A DNA stretch of 64,000 nt, taken from assembly GCA_050013255.1 (NCBI GenBank), contig JBEKFP010000001.1, positions 128,001-192,000 of the forward strand. Reading direction: 5' to 3'. The notes under the pieces were generated by a model. That model had not been told where the DNA came from. It saw only the letters and a program-made list of their open reading frames with translations, and ran no database searches. Shown in pieces: positions 1-10,191 of the stretch. The position numbers and the translations under genes are program-made. This DNA comes from Candidatus Bathyarchaeia archaeon. Its GTDB lineage: Archaea; Thermoproteota; Bathyarchaeia; 40CM-2-53-6. How positions within the stretch are numbered: the first letter of the stretch is position 1; the number at the start of each line of letters is the position of its first letter.

Positions 1-1211
1 ATTTTTGATGCTTTCCAAGCAGGATAAAGACCCGCCACAATAGCGATAACAATTGGGAAGAACAAGCTGAACAGAATTAGTTCTGGGCTAAAGACGGGGC
101 TAGAAGCAAATGACGTTGAACTCGTGCCACCTCCAGCTCCGAATCCGCCTCTGCCACCGCCGAATAGGCCACCTCCTATCACGAACGATAACAGGTAACC
201 AGCCGCCGTACCGAGTAAGCCGCCGATTAATCCGATGAGGATGTTTTCGGAAAGAAACATGGCAAGTATTTGGTTTCGTCTGAAACCTAGTGCTTTCAGG
301 ATTCCGATTTCTTTTGTTCGCTCTATTACTGCAACGTAAGTTGTGTTAGCAACCATTATTGCCGCAACGAATAGTGAAACGGCTCCTATGCTTCCGAGAA
401 ATATCGTTAATTGCCCGGTGATTGCTGATATGCTGCTTGCAATTGAGCCCGCACTTATTACTGAAATATCGGTGCCGTACACACCTTGAATTTCCGATTG
501 AACGGTTGCAACGTTATCTGCTGAGTCAACGATCACGTAGATTGCGCTGAAATTTTGAATTTTCATCAATATTTGTGCGGCTTGTAGCGACACGAATATG
601 TTGTTGTCAACATTACTGAATAGAGCGGAGCCATATGGCGAGAGGATACCTTTCACTAGGAAACTGAGGCTTGAGCTGCTTGAGCCTATTTTCATGGAAA
701 CAACTTGATTCAACCCAACCAATCCCTGACCTGATGAGGGATAAGCGATGTTGTACCCGATTGTGGCAGAAGTAGACTCATATGAGTCTGGGAACTGCCC
801 GTCTTCAAGCGCTAACCCTTTGAATATCAATGGGAGCGCCCTTGAATCAATTCCAATGAGTGTTCCTGAAACTGATTGACCTCCCACGCTCACGGTTGCT
901 GGTCTACTGTAGTATGGGTAAACCTGGGTGACGTATGGAAGATTACCTAACCGTGGAATATCTTGAATGGAAAGCGCAAAAGACGAGGAACTTCCTGTAA
1001 GGAAGTTTGACCCTCCAGCACGAACTATGAGAACGTTGGCGCCAATCTTTTCCACTTGAGCGTTTATGCCAACGCTTAATCCGCTTGAACTTGCAATCAA
1101 AGCCATGATTACGGCTGAACCAATCATTATTCCAATAACGGTCATAGTGCTTCGGGCTTTTCGGTCAACTAGAGCTTTAACCGCTAATTTGAATAAATCA
1201 TTTACTCGCAT
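1..1211 (-). CDS. ABC transporter permease, MacB/FtsX family (3' end runs off window)
   Basis: Manual translation MRVNDLFKLAVKALVDRKARSTMTVIGIMIG...ERTKEIGILKALGF...IVAGLYPAWKASK; not in ORF track because the stop is outside the window. Confidence 0.9.
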   Translation of the reverse strand, partial: MRVNDLFKLAVKALVDRKARSTMTVIGIMIGSAVIMALIASSSGLSVGINAQVEKIGANVLIVRAGGSNFLTGSSSSFALSIQDIPRLGNLPYVTQVYPYYSRPATVSVGGQSVSGTLIGIDSRALPLIFKGLALEDGQFPDSYESTSATIGYNIAYPSSGQGLVGLNQVVSMKIGSSSSSLSFLVKGILSPYGSALFSNVDNNIFVSLQAAQILMKIQNFSAIYVIVDSADNVATVQSEIQGVYGTDISVISAGSIASSISAITGQLTIFLGSIGAVSLFVAAIMVANTTYVAVIERTKEIGILKALGFRRNQILAMFLSENILIGLIGGLLGTAAGYLLSFVIGGGLFGGGRGGFGAGGGTSSTSFASSPVFSPELILFSLFFPIVIAIVAGLYPAWKASK

Positions 1212-1310
1212 AGGGTTTCACATTTCATATTTTCTAGCGTCTCATTGCCTTGTCAAACAATGGTATGGCGACAGTCACATCATATCATTCCTTATTCGTT
1301 CGCTTCCATA

Positions 1311-1387
1311 TATCGGTGCGATACTATCTTATCGATAGTTGGTGATGGGTAATATTAAAATACGCCGCCTGATGTATCGATGCGATA
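1311..1387. promoter_or_regulatory. Three palindromic boxes TATCG-N3-CGATA (putative PadR operators)
   Basis: TATCGGTGCGATA 1311-1323, TATCTTATCGATA 1325-1337 (1 mismatch), TATCGATGCGATA 1375-1387, between the divergent permease and PadR genes. Confidence 0.6.
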
Positions 1388-1405
1388 TGGATGCGGGGAT
1401 GGCTC

Positions 1406-1801
1406 ATGGCGAAGGGATTTCAGACTGGCCCGTACGAGGTAATGTTCTTTCTGGCTTTGAAGGATGGACCGGCGTATGGGTATGAGTTGGCTACGCGGTT
1501 TAGGAAGATGACTAGAGGGCACATTAAGGTCAGTTTTGGTACGATCTATCCTTTCCTTCGGCGCATGGAGCGCAGAGGAATAATCAAATCGACTCGAGAT
1601 GAGGGGTCGAGTAGAGTTTACTATGCGCTTACGCCCAAGGGTCGAACGGCTCAAACGAAGATTTTGAAACGGATCAAGGAGTCGCAGAAGGAATGGGAAG
1701 AGAAATTGCTTGGAATTCTGGCGATGCATGCAGAAGTGTTCGGACGGAGAGCGCTTCACGCCCTGTTGGAACGTGGAAAGCTCTTGGCGAAAACGTCATG
1801 A
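1406..1801 (+). CDS. PadR-family transcriptional regulator
   Basis: GPAYGYEL...GTIYPFLRRMERRGII...RVYYALTPKGR winged-helix motif; start may be 1391 or 1406. Confidence 0.9.
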   Translation: MAKGFQTGPYEVMFFLALKDGPAYGYELATRFRKMTRGHIKVSFGTIYPFLRRMERRGIIKSTRDEGSSRVYYALTPKGRTAQTKILKRIKESQKEWEEKLLGILAMHAEVFGRRALHALLERGKLLAKTS

Positions 1802-1820
1802 TAGGGGGTCTGGTGAAAGC

Positions 1821-2003
1821 ATGAAACGACGAGCCTTCTCGATCGTTGGTGCAATAATCGCGCTGTTTGGTTTGGTATGGTTCCTACAGGGAGCCGGCAT
1901 GCTTCCTGGCAGTGTGATGAGTGGTTCGCAATTCTGGGAAATAGCGGGCGCACTAACTCTCATTGTAGGTATCGCAATCGTTGCTTATTGCCTGAAAGCT
2001 TGA
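1821..2003 (+). CDS. Small two-TM membrane protein
   Basis: MKRRAFSIVGAIIALFGLVWFLQGAGMLPGSVMSGSQFW...; GGTGA upstream. Confidence 0.7.
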   Translation: MKRRAFSIVGAIIALFGLVWFLQGAGMLPGSVMSGSQFWEIAGALTLIVGIAIVAYCLKA

Positions 2004-2020
2004 GATGGATTAAGTGGGAG

Positions 2021-2434
2021 ATGAAAGAAATGCAACCTTGGGTCGAAGTCGCGAACGTCAACGAGGTCACACCGGGCAAGATGAAACACGTAGAGGTTGA
2101 GGGGGAGGAAATTATGGTCGCTAACGTTAACGGCAACTTTTATGCTGTTAGTGATCGGTGCGGGCACACTAATGCACCACTATCTATGGGTGGCTTGAGG
2201 GAAAACATTGTCACGTGCCCATTACATGGCGCCCAGTTTGACGTCACCTCTGGACGAAAGATTGCGGAACCCAAAATGGGCCCGCTACCAAATGTAGAGC
2301 AACTCCCTGAGAGCTTCCTTAAGCTTATCGAGCATTCAAGCCGAATCACGGGGAAGATCAAGACGTATGACCTCACCTCTTACGAATTGCGTGTTGACGG
2401 CGACAAAATAAAGCTCAAAGTTCCGACGCACTAA
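2021..2434 (+). CDS. Rieske [2Fe-2S] ferredoxin
   Basis: CGH...CPLHGAQFD Rieske motif. Confidence 0.9.
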   Translation: MKEMQPWVEVANVNEVTPGKMKHVEVEGEEIMVANVNGNFYAVSDRCGHTNAPLSMGGLRENIVTCPLHGAQFDVTSGRKIAEPKMGPLPNVEQLPESFLKLIEHSSRITGKIKTYDLTSYELRVDGDKIKLKVPTH

Positions 2435-2680
2435 TGTGATTTCAAAGACAAATCCGATCATGGATGGATATCAACCAATATTGCAGACGTCATCCTCCCA
2501 GTTTCCTCACCCAAAGTAACTACGCCCTTTTTGTCCCCACAATAATCACCCCTCCCAACCTTCCTTGGCCCGTGTGTAAGGTTTCTTACCAAACAGACAG
2601 AGTTTTGGAACCTGAAAAATTAACAACGGTTATCAGCCACTGTTCGGTGATACCGCGACAAAGCTCTGGGGAATGGAAGA

Positions 2681-3847
2681 GTGGTTTCAAAGGATCAGGT
2701 CATGGCGGCACTTAAAGACGTCATGGATCCTGAACTTCACATTTCCATAGTTAACCTACAAATGGTCAAGAAAGTTGACATTGAAGGGGACAGGGTGAAG
2801 GTTCTTGTCGCGCTTACAGTCGGCGGTTGCCCGCTGTCCAAGACAATTTCAAGCGACATTGAAAAGGCAGTAACGAAGCTGCCGGGCGTCACGGTTGTTG
2901 AAGTTGAAACAAGTGTGATGACGAAGCAAGAACTTGAAGGCGTGCGCAAGCAGATTCAGTCCCAGATGGCTGCGGCCCAAACGCAAAAGGCGGGGCCCGG
3001 AGGCATGCCCCCTGGAATTAACCGATTGGAAAGGAAAGGAATTCGAAACGTCATCGCAATAATGTCGGGCAAGGGCGGAGTCGGAAAATCGTTCGTAACA
3101 GGCTTCTTGGCTGTTCAACTAACAAGGCTGGGCTACAAGGTAGGCATACTCGACGCAGACATCACAGGCCCAAGCATAGCGAAAATGTTCGGGCTGAAAG
3201 GCCCCCTCTTCGTAACACCCGACAAACACGTCCTGCCAGCAACGTCGCATTTGGGAATCAAAGTCGTCTCGATGAATCTCATCCTCGAAGAACCACAGAT
3301 GCCTGTCATCGTACGAGGCCCAATCATCAACAGCGTGATCCGCCAAATGTTTCAGGACATCGAATGGGGAGACCTGCACTTTCTACTCGTCGACCTCCCT
3401 CCAGGGACCTCGGACGCCCCGTTGACCGTCTTCCAATCGCTCCCATTGCAGGGGGTCGTTGTGGTTACGACGCCGCAGGACCTTGCACTGATGGTCGTAG
3501 GTAAGGCGATCAATATGGCGAAGACACTCAGCGAGCAACTCGTTTCCGTGAAGATTCTCGGCCTAATCGAAAACATGAGCTACATGGTTTGCCCACACTG
3601 CGGTGAGAGGATCGAAGTCTTCGGCCGGAGCAAAGCACCGGAGGCTGCCAAGAAGGCGGGGATACCATTCCTGGGCACCGTCCCAATCGACCCTGAAATT
3701 GCCAAGTTAGCTGACGAAGGAAAAATAGAGGAATACGCCAACCCATTATTCGAAGACGTTACGAGGGCTGTGAGGCTGAACGCGAACAGGTTGCTCGAAC
3801 CGATTCCCGGCGCTATGCCAATAGCCTGGTCTGAACAGAAAGCGTAG
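2681..3847 (+). CDS. Mrp/NBP35 (ApbC) Fe-S carrier ATPase with N-terminal DUF59 domain
   Basis: DPEL...TVGGCP (DUF59); GKGGVGKS; DLPPGTSD; ENMS..CPHC. Confidence 0.93.
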   Translation: MVSKDQVMAALKDVMDPELHISIVNLQMVKKVDIEGDRVKVLVALTVGGCPLSKTISSDIEKAVTKLPGVTVVEVETSVMTKQELEGVRKQIQSQMAAAQTQKAGPGGMPPGINRLERKGIRNVIAIMSGKGGVGKSFVTGFLAVQLTRLGYKVGILDADITGPSIAKMFGLKGPLFVTPDKHVLPATSHLGIKVVSMNLILEEPQMPVIVRGPIINSVIRQMFQDIEWGDLHFLLVDLPPGTSDAPLTVFQSLPLQGVVVVTTPQDLALMVVGKAINMAKTLSEQLVSVKILGLIENMSYMVCPHCGERIEVFGRSKAPEAAKKAGIPFLGTVPIDPEIAKLADEGKIEEYANPLFEDVTRAVRLNANRLLEPIPGAMPIAWSEQKA

Positions 3848-3952
3848 GTTGTCTCACGGGTTTAAGGGAACAGACTAAGATTAATAGGGAAGGCAAATGC
3901 CGAGTTGTCACGGAAGACTTGCTCGCTCCCGAACGTGGAGGTGAATTGAAGA

Positions 3953-4255
3953 TTGGTTACTAAAGATGAAATCATAACCGTGCTGAAGGATTGCTACGAC
4001 CCAGAAATCCCAATCAACATCTGGGACCTAGGGTTAGTGTATGACATTAACGTTCTAGATGATGGTAACGTGGGAATCAAGATGACGCTCACCGCTCCAG
4101 GCTGCATGATGGGTGGAATGATTGCTGAGGAAGTCAAATCAAAGATCAAAGCCATGAACGGCGTCAAGGATGCGAAGGTTGATCTTGTGTGGGAACCGCC
4201 CTGGTCACCAGACAAGATGAGTGAAGAAGCAAAAGCACAGATGGGGATATCCTAA
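3953..4255 (+). CDS. DUF59 / SufT-like Fe-S assembly protein
   Basis: DPEIPINIWDLGLVY...TLTAPGC...WEPPW. Confidence 0.92.
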   Translation: MVTKDEIITVLKDCYDPEIPINIWDLGLVYDINVLDDGNVGIKMTLTAPGCMMGGMIAEEVKSKIKAMNGVKDAKVDLVWEPPWSPDKMSEEAKAQMGIS

Positions 4256-4303
4256 CCGGCCTGGGCCAACCCACCTTCTACTTCTCTTTTCCCTTTTGAA
4301 ATT

Positions 4304-4449
4304 CAGACCGGCAGTTCTATGCAAGAATGAGCGCTGACCACGTGTGGAAGCGGGTGGATCCACCCATTGAGGGGTGGTGCCAAACGGTGCCAAGCGAAGG
4401 TAACGCTCGGCTCATTTTACGCCTCGATCCCCTCATACGAAGCGGTCTG
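4304..4449 (-). ncRNA. Candidate structured RNA (multi-stem, pseudoknot) downstream of rpl40e
   Basis: Complementary pairs 4304-4310/4443-4449, 4326-4332/4410-4416, 4368-4374/4429-4435 (crossing), 4352-4356/4361-4365, 4391-4396/4404-4409 (G-U on the minus strand). Confidence 0.35.
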
Positions 4450-4481
4450 CTGGTTGACTATGCGAATCAGTGTGAGTGGTT

Positions 4482-4646
4482 CTACTTGGCGCCCAGCTCA
4501 CGTTTCTTCCAGCGCAGGTTGTGGCCGTGGCATTTCCTGCACCGATTAGACGGGCCCGGGTTGCGTGCGCCGCAGTCGCGGCATACCTTGTAGTGCAACC
4601 TTACCTTTTGCGCGAGCTGTTTCTTCACAACATCGGTGATGGGCAT
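4482..4646 (-). CDS. rpl40e: 50S ribosomal protein L40e
   Basis: Manual translation MPITDVVKKQLAQKVRLHYKVCRDCGARNPGPSNRCRKCHGHNLRWKKRELGAK (54 aa, below ORF-track cutoff). Confidence 0.95.
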   Translation of the reverse strand: MPITDVVKKQLAQKVRLHYKVCRDCGARNPGPSNRCRKCHGHNLRWKKRELGAK

Positions 4647-4751
4647 ATACGATTACCTTGAAGCGAATTCGCTACAAGCGAAAAGAGGCATATATACCGT
4701 GCGTTAACAAAATCCCGGAAAGCGCAATCTGACTCACCCGGAAATGCGGAT

Positions 4752-5327
4752 GTGATTTCGACGCAAGCGGAAGACTCGCTGGAGAAGATCTCAAACGAAG
4801 TGGTTTCTTGCAGGAAGTGCCGGCTTTGTGAGACGAGGAAGAAAGCAGTTCCCGGTGAGGGGTCATCAAATGCGAGGGTGATGTTTGTCGGGGAAGCCCC
4901 AGGAGAGCAAGAGGATATTCAGGGTCGTCCATTTGTTGGAGCTGCTGGTAAACTTCTCACCGAGCTCCTTGCGTCGGTAAATTTGGGGCGAGAAGAAGTT
5001 TACATCACGAATATTGCGAAGTGTAGGCCCCCGAACAACAGGCCGCCCAGAAAGGATGAAGCGGCAGCTTGCAGGCCGTACCTTGAACGGCAGATCGCCC
5101 TCATTCAACCAAGCGTAATCTGCCCGATGGGAAACTCAGCGATACATGCGCTAATCAACTCGGATGATCCCGTAACGGAAGTTCATGGTATACCCTTCGA
5201 GGTCGGTGGGAAGACATACTTTCCCATGTACCACCCAGCTGCCGCCCTCTACACCTTCAGTTTGAGGGAGGTGATGCTGGAGGATTTCAGGAAGTTGCGT
5301 GCACTTCTTGACTCTACAGTAGACTAG
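4752..5327 (+). CDS. udg: Uracil-DNA glycosylase, family 4
   Basis: CRKC.LC Fe-S motif; GEAPG; GRPFVG; KCRPPNNR; HPAA. Confidence 0.95.
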   Translation: MISTQAEDSLEKISNEVVSCRKCRLCETRKKAVPGEGSSNARVMFVGEAPGEQEDIQGRPFVGAAGKLLTELLASVNLGREEVYITNIAKCRPPNNRPPRKDEAAACRPYLERQIALIQPSVICPMGNSAIHALINSDDPVTEVHGIPFEVGGKTYFPMYHPAAALYTFSLREVMLEDFRKLRALLDSTVD

Positions 5328-6301
5328 TCTTCTTCGAAGACAGGTTTGTTGCCTAGGACTTTATCGATTCGGTCCATAACCTCCGAATCTAGCTTTGAAA
5401 CTACTTCTGAGGCTTTCATGTTCTCTACGACTTGTTCCGGTCGGGTTGCGCCCGTAATTACCGTGCTCACATTCGGGTTCTTCAGGCACCATGCCAAAGC
5501 CAATTGCGCCATCGTACAACCCAGTTCAGAAGCAATGGGTTGCAACAGTTTCACTTTCCCAATGTTCTGCGGTGTGAGAATGTATTCGCGTAACCACTCG
5601 TAGCCTTGAAGCGAACCCCGAGTTCCTGCTGGGATGCCTTCGTTGTATTTGCCTGATAGTAACCCTGATGCCAACGGGCTCCAGATCGTTGTGCCCAAAC
5701 CAATTTCACGGTATAAGGGAAGGTATTCTTTCTCCACTCGGTCCCGATGCAACATATTGTATTGCGGCTGTTCCATCTGCGGCGTGTTCAGGTGCTGTTC
5801 TCTTGCAATAGCGTGGGCACGCATTATGTCAGCTGCACTCCACTCTGAGGTACCCCAGTATAGGATCAAACCCTGATGGACCAAATCGTCCATCGCCCAA
5901 ACTGTTTCCTCAATTGGAGTAGTCGGGTCGGGACGGTGGCAGAAGAATAGGTCCAGGTAATCGAGCTGAAGGCGTTTCAGGGACTTCCGGCAAGCTTCGT
6001 AGATGTGTTTGCGGGAGAGCCCCCTATCGTTAGGGCCTTCTCCACCCCAGAAGACTTTGCTGGACACAATGAAACTCTCGCGTGACCAACCCATCTTCTT
6101 GAGTACGTTTCCCATGACCTTCTCGGCGTTTCCTTTCGCATAGGCTTCAGCGTTGTCGAAGAAATTCACTCCAGCATCGTAGGCGGCAGACATGCATTTC
6201 AGCGCGGCATCTTCGCCGACTTGGCCCCCATATGTAACCCAAGCTCCCAAAGAAAGTTCGCTAACCTTCAGGCCTGCGCTACCGAGACGCCTATAGTTCA
6301 T
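5324..6301 (-). CDS. Aldo/keto reductase (Kv-beta-like)
   Basis: [19 protein letters not shown]; FFDNAEAY; SKVFWG; WSPLASG; start trimmed from 6526 to 6301. Confidence 0.93.
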   Translation of the reverse strand: MNYRRLGSAGLKVSELSLGAWVTYGGQVGEDAALKCMSAAYDAGVNFFDNAEAYAKGNAEKVMGNVLKKMGWSRESFIVSSKVFWGGEGPNDRGLSRKHIYEACRKSLKRLQLDYLDLFFCHRPDPTTPIEETVWAMDDLVHQGLILYWGTSEWSAADIMRAHAIAREQHLNTPQMEQPQYNMLHRDRVEKEYLPLYREIGLGTTIWSPLASGLLSGKYNEGIPAGTRGSLQGYEWLREYILTPQNIGKVKLLQPIASELGCTMAQLALAWCLKNPNVSTVITGATRPEQVVENMKASEVVSKLDSEVMDRIDKVLGNKPVFEED

Positions 6302-6383
6302 AACTTGTCCACATCTCCCAGATTGAAAGGGCCATATTAAAGCGGTACCAATCTGAGCTGCCTTACAACCTTCGCAATCGACG

Positions 6384-6926
6384 TTATTTAGCCGCAGAAA
6401 TCGCCCTGAATATGTCGCCAGCTTTCGGACTAAAGTAACAATCGAACAGTAGGTTCGCGGCGGAGAGCAAGAGGAGAAAAACGCTAAACACCATCGGCAA
6501 GTCTCGAAACGAGGCAAATGCAACAAAAAATGGAAACACCATCGACGCTACAGCTCCTGAACTAAACATTGCAATACGCCCGCCACGACCGACCGATTGA
6601 AGTGACCCTCGATCGACCTTCAATGTCAAGACGGGTGACCTCGACGCGATCACGCTAAGGAATGGTATTCTGAGTCTGTAAACGGAAGACTTACCGAACG
6701 AGTAGTACCGAAACCTCACCCCAACCAACCTGCCTACAGCATAGTGTGTTAGGCTGTGTGGAAAGAAGAGTAAGCAAACCCACGCAACCAAGTATAGAAT
6801 CAGCTTCAAGGGAACGAGGGTAACCTCAGGAGCCATCACAATTAGGTACAGGGCGAAGAGAATGCCAACGATCTCAACTAGGTTACCAACCGCAATAGGA
6901 ATCCTCGATATAGTCAAAGGTGACAC
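6384..6926 (-). CDS. Membrane protein with HxxxH-like motif (M50-like fold, uncertain)
   Basis: Several hydrophobic segments; PHSLTHY and C-terminal SPKAGDI. Confidence 0.6.
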   Translation of the reverse strand: MSPLTISRIPIAVGNLVEIVGILFALYLIVMAPEVTLVPLKLILYLVAWVCLLFFPHSLTHYAVGRLVGVRFRYYSFGKSSVYRLRIPFLSVIASRSPVLTLKVDRGSLQSVGRGGRIAMFSSGAVASMVFPFFVAFASFRDLPMVFSVFLLLLSAANLLFDCYFSPKAGDIFRAISAAK

Positions 6927-6948
6927 CTAACAACGTGCCAACCTTGGC

Positions 6949-7104
6949 TCACCATCTCTTGTAGTACTTGGTGCGATTCCGGCAACGCGTGCACGCTGCC
7001 TCTCGGTAAGGTTTACCCACCATCGGTTTTTTCCTTTCCCAACCCAAATCGTGTTTAGTCTCGGCCTTGCACTTTTCACAATAGAGGGTGACCCATTCCA
7101 CCAA
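6949..7104 (-). CDS. Small zinc-ribbon protein
   Basis: MVEWVTLYCEKCKAETKH...ACTRCRNRTKYYKRW, two CxxC pairs. Confidence 0.6.
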   Translation of the reverse strand: MVEWVTLYCEKCKAETKHDLGWERKKPMVGKPYREAACTRCRNRTKYYKRW

Positions 7105-7350
7105 ATCAAGGCTTCCCCACATTGTGCCAGCTTGTTTAGTTATTTTAACTCGCGCACATGAACCCGCAGAACCCACAGCAATCCTGACTGCATCCGAACG
7201 GTCTCATTTGAGCTCTAAAAGAGTGTGAACTTTCGCGAAATGCTTGAAGCACAGCCACAATCACAAACACAGCAAAGTAACACGTTCTCCCCATAAAATT
7301 ACACCACCCACCCCCCCCTCGCCGAACACCTGCGCCAGGCACGGTTGTGT

Positions 7351-8718
7351 TCATTCTCCAGCGACAGTCATGCTATTGACTTGCGTGGTCGGTGCGTACA
7401 CTGCTCCTGCGCTGTGAAGGTCATTTGCGCGGAGGTCCATCTTTCCTTTGAGAATATCAAAGAAGTTCGACGCAATTATCACGCCTTTGACGGCCCTCGT
7501 GAGTTCCCCGTTCTCTATTAGGAAACCACTGCTGAGCGTCGCGCTGAGTTCTCCGCTAATGGGGTTCGAGAGCCATTCTCCTATCGTTTCCACAACATAG
7601 AGGCCATTCTTAGTTTCCTTGATTAGTTCCTCGGCAGTGGCGTCTCCGGGTTCGACTACTAGGTTGTTCGGGTACGGGGTCGGAGTTTTCATGTAATTTG
7701 GTTGGGAGCCGAAGGTTCCAACGTCTCGGTGGGCATTTCCCGTGGAGAGGCGGCTCTCTTTGCTCGCTGTATAGTTATCGTATAGGAATCCCCGCAGTAT
7801 CCCCTTCTCGATAACTGGGGTGCGTGTCTGTGGGGTTCCGTCATCGTCGAACTGTCGTGTTCCGTTTCCAGCTTCCATTCTACCCTCGTCGACAATTGTG
7901 ACGCCATCGCTAGCCACATGTTGGCCAATTTTCCCAGCCCATGGCGACCTGTTCTTCTGAATAGCGTCTGCTGTGATTGTGCGGGTGAGCATAGCGTCAA
8001 TTATGCTTGAGAATGAGTCGTGTCGCCAGACAGTGTTCATTTTTCCATTCGGAATCTGAACCGCGTCCACCATTTTGACTGCCCTTTCGGCCACTGCGTG
8101 TGCGAGCTGTTTTGTTTTGAGTTCTTTCCACAGGCGTGTCACGCTGAATTCGTTGCTAACTCCCTTTTTGTCGGCTGTGCCCGCTTTTACAGCAAGTGAC
8201 AGTACGGCGAGGGTCTCCTTTCTTTCCAGTCTACATCCATGGGAGTTTGCGATAGCGTTCGACATGACGTTGGTTAGGAGGAAACCTCGCGTAATGTCCG
8301 CGGAACCTACCTCACGAACGGTATTGATTGCAAGACGCACTTCGTCAACAAGGTCCTTAGCCGTGGCATGCTCAATGTTCGTGTCTCTGATTTTCTGAAC
8401 GCTGGCTTTTCCGTATTTTCGCGGGAGCGATCTCCATGCAGGGTCCTCGGTGTTCGCTCTTGCGATCCTAAGAGATTCGTCAACCGCTGCTTCAATGTCT
8501 GAGTGTTCGAGTGAGGATATTGAGAAAAACCCTGTTCGCCGGCCAACGATGCCTCTAACGCTCAGCCCCGCAACTGTACTGCGCCTTGTCGCTTCGATAG
8601 TATTGCGGAAGATGATATCACGGCGTGTAATCTTGGTCGCGAAGGCTTCTGCTTCGTCGAACCCTTTCTTCATTGCAAGCCTTACTGCGCTCTCGGCGGC
8701 TGGTAGAATTTCTGTCAA
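7351..8718 (-). CDS. TldE/PmbA family protein
   Basis: FDDDGTP...IEKGILRGFLYD...STGNA; follows TldD. Confidence 0.9.
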   Translation of the reverse strand: MTEILPAAESAVRLAMKKGFDEAEAFATKITRRDIIFRNTIEATRRSTVAGLSVRGIVGRRTGFFSISSLEHSDIEAAVDESLRIARANTEDPAWRSLPRKYGKASVQKIRDTNIEHATAKDLVDEVRLAINTVREVGSADITRGFLLTNVMSNAIANSHGCRLERKETLAVLSLAVKAGTADKKGVSNEFSVTRLWKELKTKQLAHAVAERAVKMVDAVQIPNGKMNTVWRHDSFSSIIDAMLTRTITADAIQKNRSPWAGKIGQHVASDGVTIVDEGRMEAGNGTRQFDDDGTPQTRTPVIEKGILRGFLYDNYTASKESRLSTGNAHRDVGTFGSQPNYMKTPTPYPNNLVVEPGDATAEELIKETKNGLYVVETIGEWLSNPISGELSATLSSGFLIENGELTRAVKGVIIASNFFDILKGKMDLRANDLHSAGAVYAPTTQVNSMTVAGE

Positions 8719-10115
8719 TCAGCCCTTCCGCCTATTGTGATCTTCCCGAGGCGTACGTGTGGGCCGCCGTCGCCGACCTTCGCCATTTGGCCGTCTTTCC
8801 CGCACCCGCCGAATACGCTGGTTGAAATGGAGAAGTCCTTTCCGACTGCATTGATGGTTTTCAGCGTTTCCAGAACTTTCCCCGCGAAGTTCACCGCTCG
8901 AACCATGTGCTTCACTTCTCCTTTCTCGATTAGATATGATGGGCCGGATCGGAATGTGAACGTCCCACCGCCGACATCAACCTGGCCGCCGAGGCTGCCT
9001 CTTCCACGAATGTAGAATCCGTGGTCAATACCTTTCACAAGTTCTTCGAAGGATAGGTCACCGGGCTCCATGTAGACGTTCGTCATGCGAACTATGGGTT
9101 TGTGCTCAAAGTTCTGTGCTCTAGCGTTTCCCGTTGGTTTAAGCCCTAATTCGGTTGCTGTGTCTCTCGATAGAAGGAAACCTTGCAGCTTACCTTTCTC
9201 CACCACAGTTGTTTTGCCCTTCGGTACTCCTTCATCATCAAATGGAACCATGTACCCGCCTGCGATTCCACCGTCATCATAAACCGTCACGGCTTCACTT
9301 GCAATTGAGGCGCCAAGCCTTCCTTCCAGGACTGACTCTTTCGTGGCGACGAGGTCTCCCTCCGACGCATGCCCCAGGGCTTCGTGGAGGAAGAGCCCTA
9401 TGAGTTCAGGGTCGAGTATCGCAGGGTAGGTTCCAGGTGGAGGCATAGGTGCCCCGACGACCTTGGCTGCAAGTTGAGAAACTTCGGCGGCGAATGTATT
9501 CCAATCCGTACTCTCAATGAATTCGTATCCGACACATTGGGACCGTTGCTCGGGTACGCGTTCCATAGAGCCGTTGGCACCGGCGACGCTAAGCTGGCTG
9601 AACCCAGATGTCGTAACATCGGTCTTTACATTTGTCCCCTCAGATGAAACGAAAACTCGGACATCGTGCAAAAATCCTAATCGCGAAGTTGAGTTCTTGA
9701 TGCCAGCTATTGTCAGTGCTGCTTTGTTTGCCTCCAAAAGGAGTTTAACTTTTGCATCAGGTGGTACGTTGTCTGGGTCACTTCTAACGGGAATCTTTAC
9801 TGTTGATTCCATGGGCTTAATTTTGGCGAGTTGTACGGGAGTGGATAACTTCCTAGTGGCTTTCGCCATCCTGACGGCTTCCGACGCCATCTGTCGCAGA
9901 TTCCCTTTCTTTAGAAGGGTTGATGATGCGAGGCCCCAGGCTCCTCCAGCGAGAACCCTGATCCCTATCCCAGTCGAACGGTCCGATTCGTAGCTTCGGA
10001 GAGAACCATTCTCCGCGATGATGAGTGTCTGCCTTAGGTCTTGGAAGCGGGCGTCGGCATATTGAGCGCCAAGGTCACGTGTTCGGTCGACTGAGTACTT
10101 CAACAAGTCATTCAT
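8715..10115 (-). CDS. TldD family metalloprotease
   Basis: HEALGHASEGD; FDDEG; PIVRMTN; GCGKDGQ; start trimmed to MNDLLKY. Confidence 0.92.
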   Translation of the reverse strand: MNDLLKYSVDRTRDLGAQYADARFQDLRQTLIIAENGSLRSYESDRSTGIGIRVLAGGAWGLASSTLLKKGNLRQMASEAVRMAKATRKLSTPVQLAKIKPMESTVKIPVRSDPDNVPPDAKVKLLLEANKAALTIAGIKNSTSRLGFLHDVRVFVSSEGTNVKTDVTTSGFSQLSVAGANGSMERVPEQRSQCVGYEFIESTDWNTFAAEVSQLAAKVVGAPMPPPGTYPAILDPELIGLFLHEALGHASEGDLVATKESVLEGRLGASIASEAVTVYDDGGIAGGYMVPFDDEGVPKGKTTVVEKGKLQGFLLSRDTATELGLKPTGNARAQNFEHKPIVRMTNVYMEPGDLSFEELVKGIDHGFYIRGRGSLGGQVDVGGGTFTFRSGPSYLIEKGEVKHMVRAVNFAGKVLETLKTINAVGKDFSISTSVFGGCGKDGQMAKVGDGGPHVRLGKITIGGRAD

Positions 10116-10191
10116 GTCGTGAGGCTTCCGGTTCGAAGCAGCTATCGCCTTTGGACGGCAATATATAGTATCGTCAAGAAAACTGGCGCGA

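Noticed and set aside
4370-4400. GGTGCCAA resembling a SAM-I riboswitch segment
   Set aside because: The other core elements (ATC..GAG, GCAACC) are missing and there is no downstream gene on that strand.
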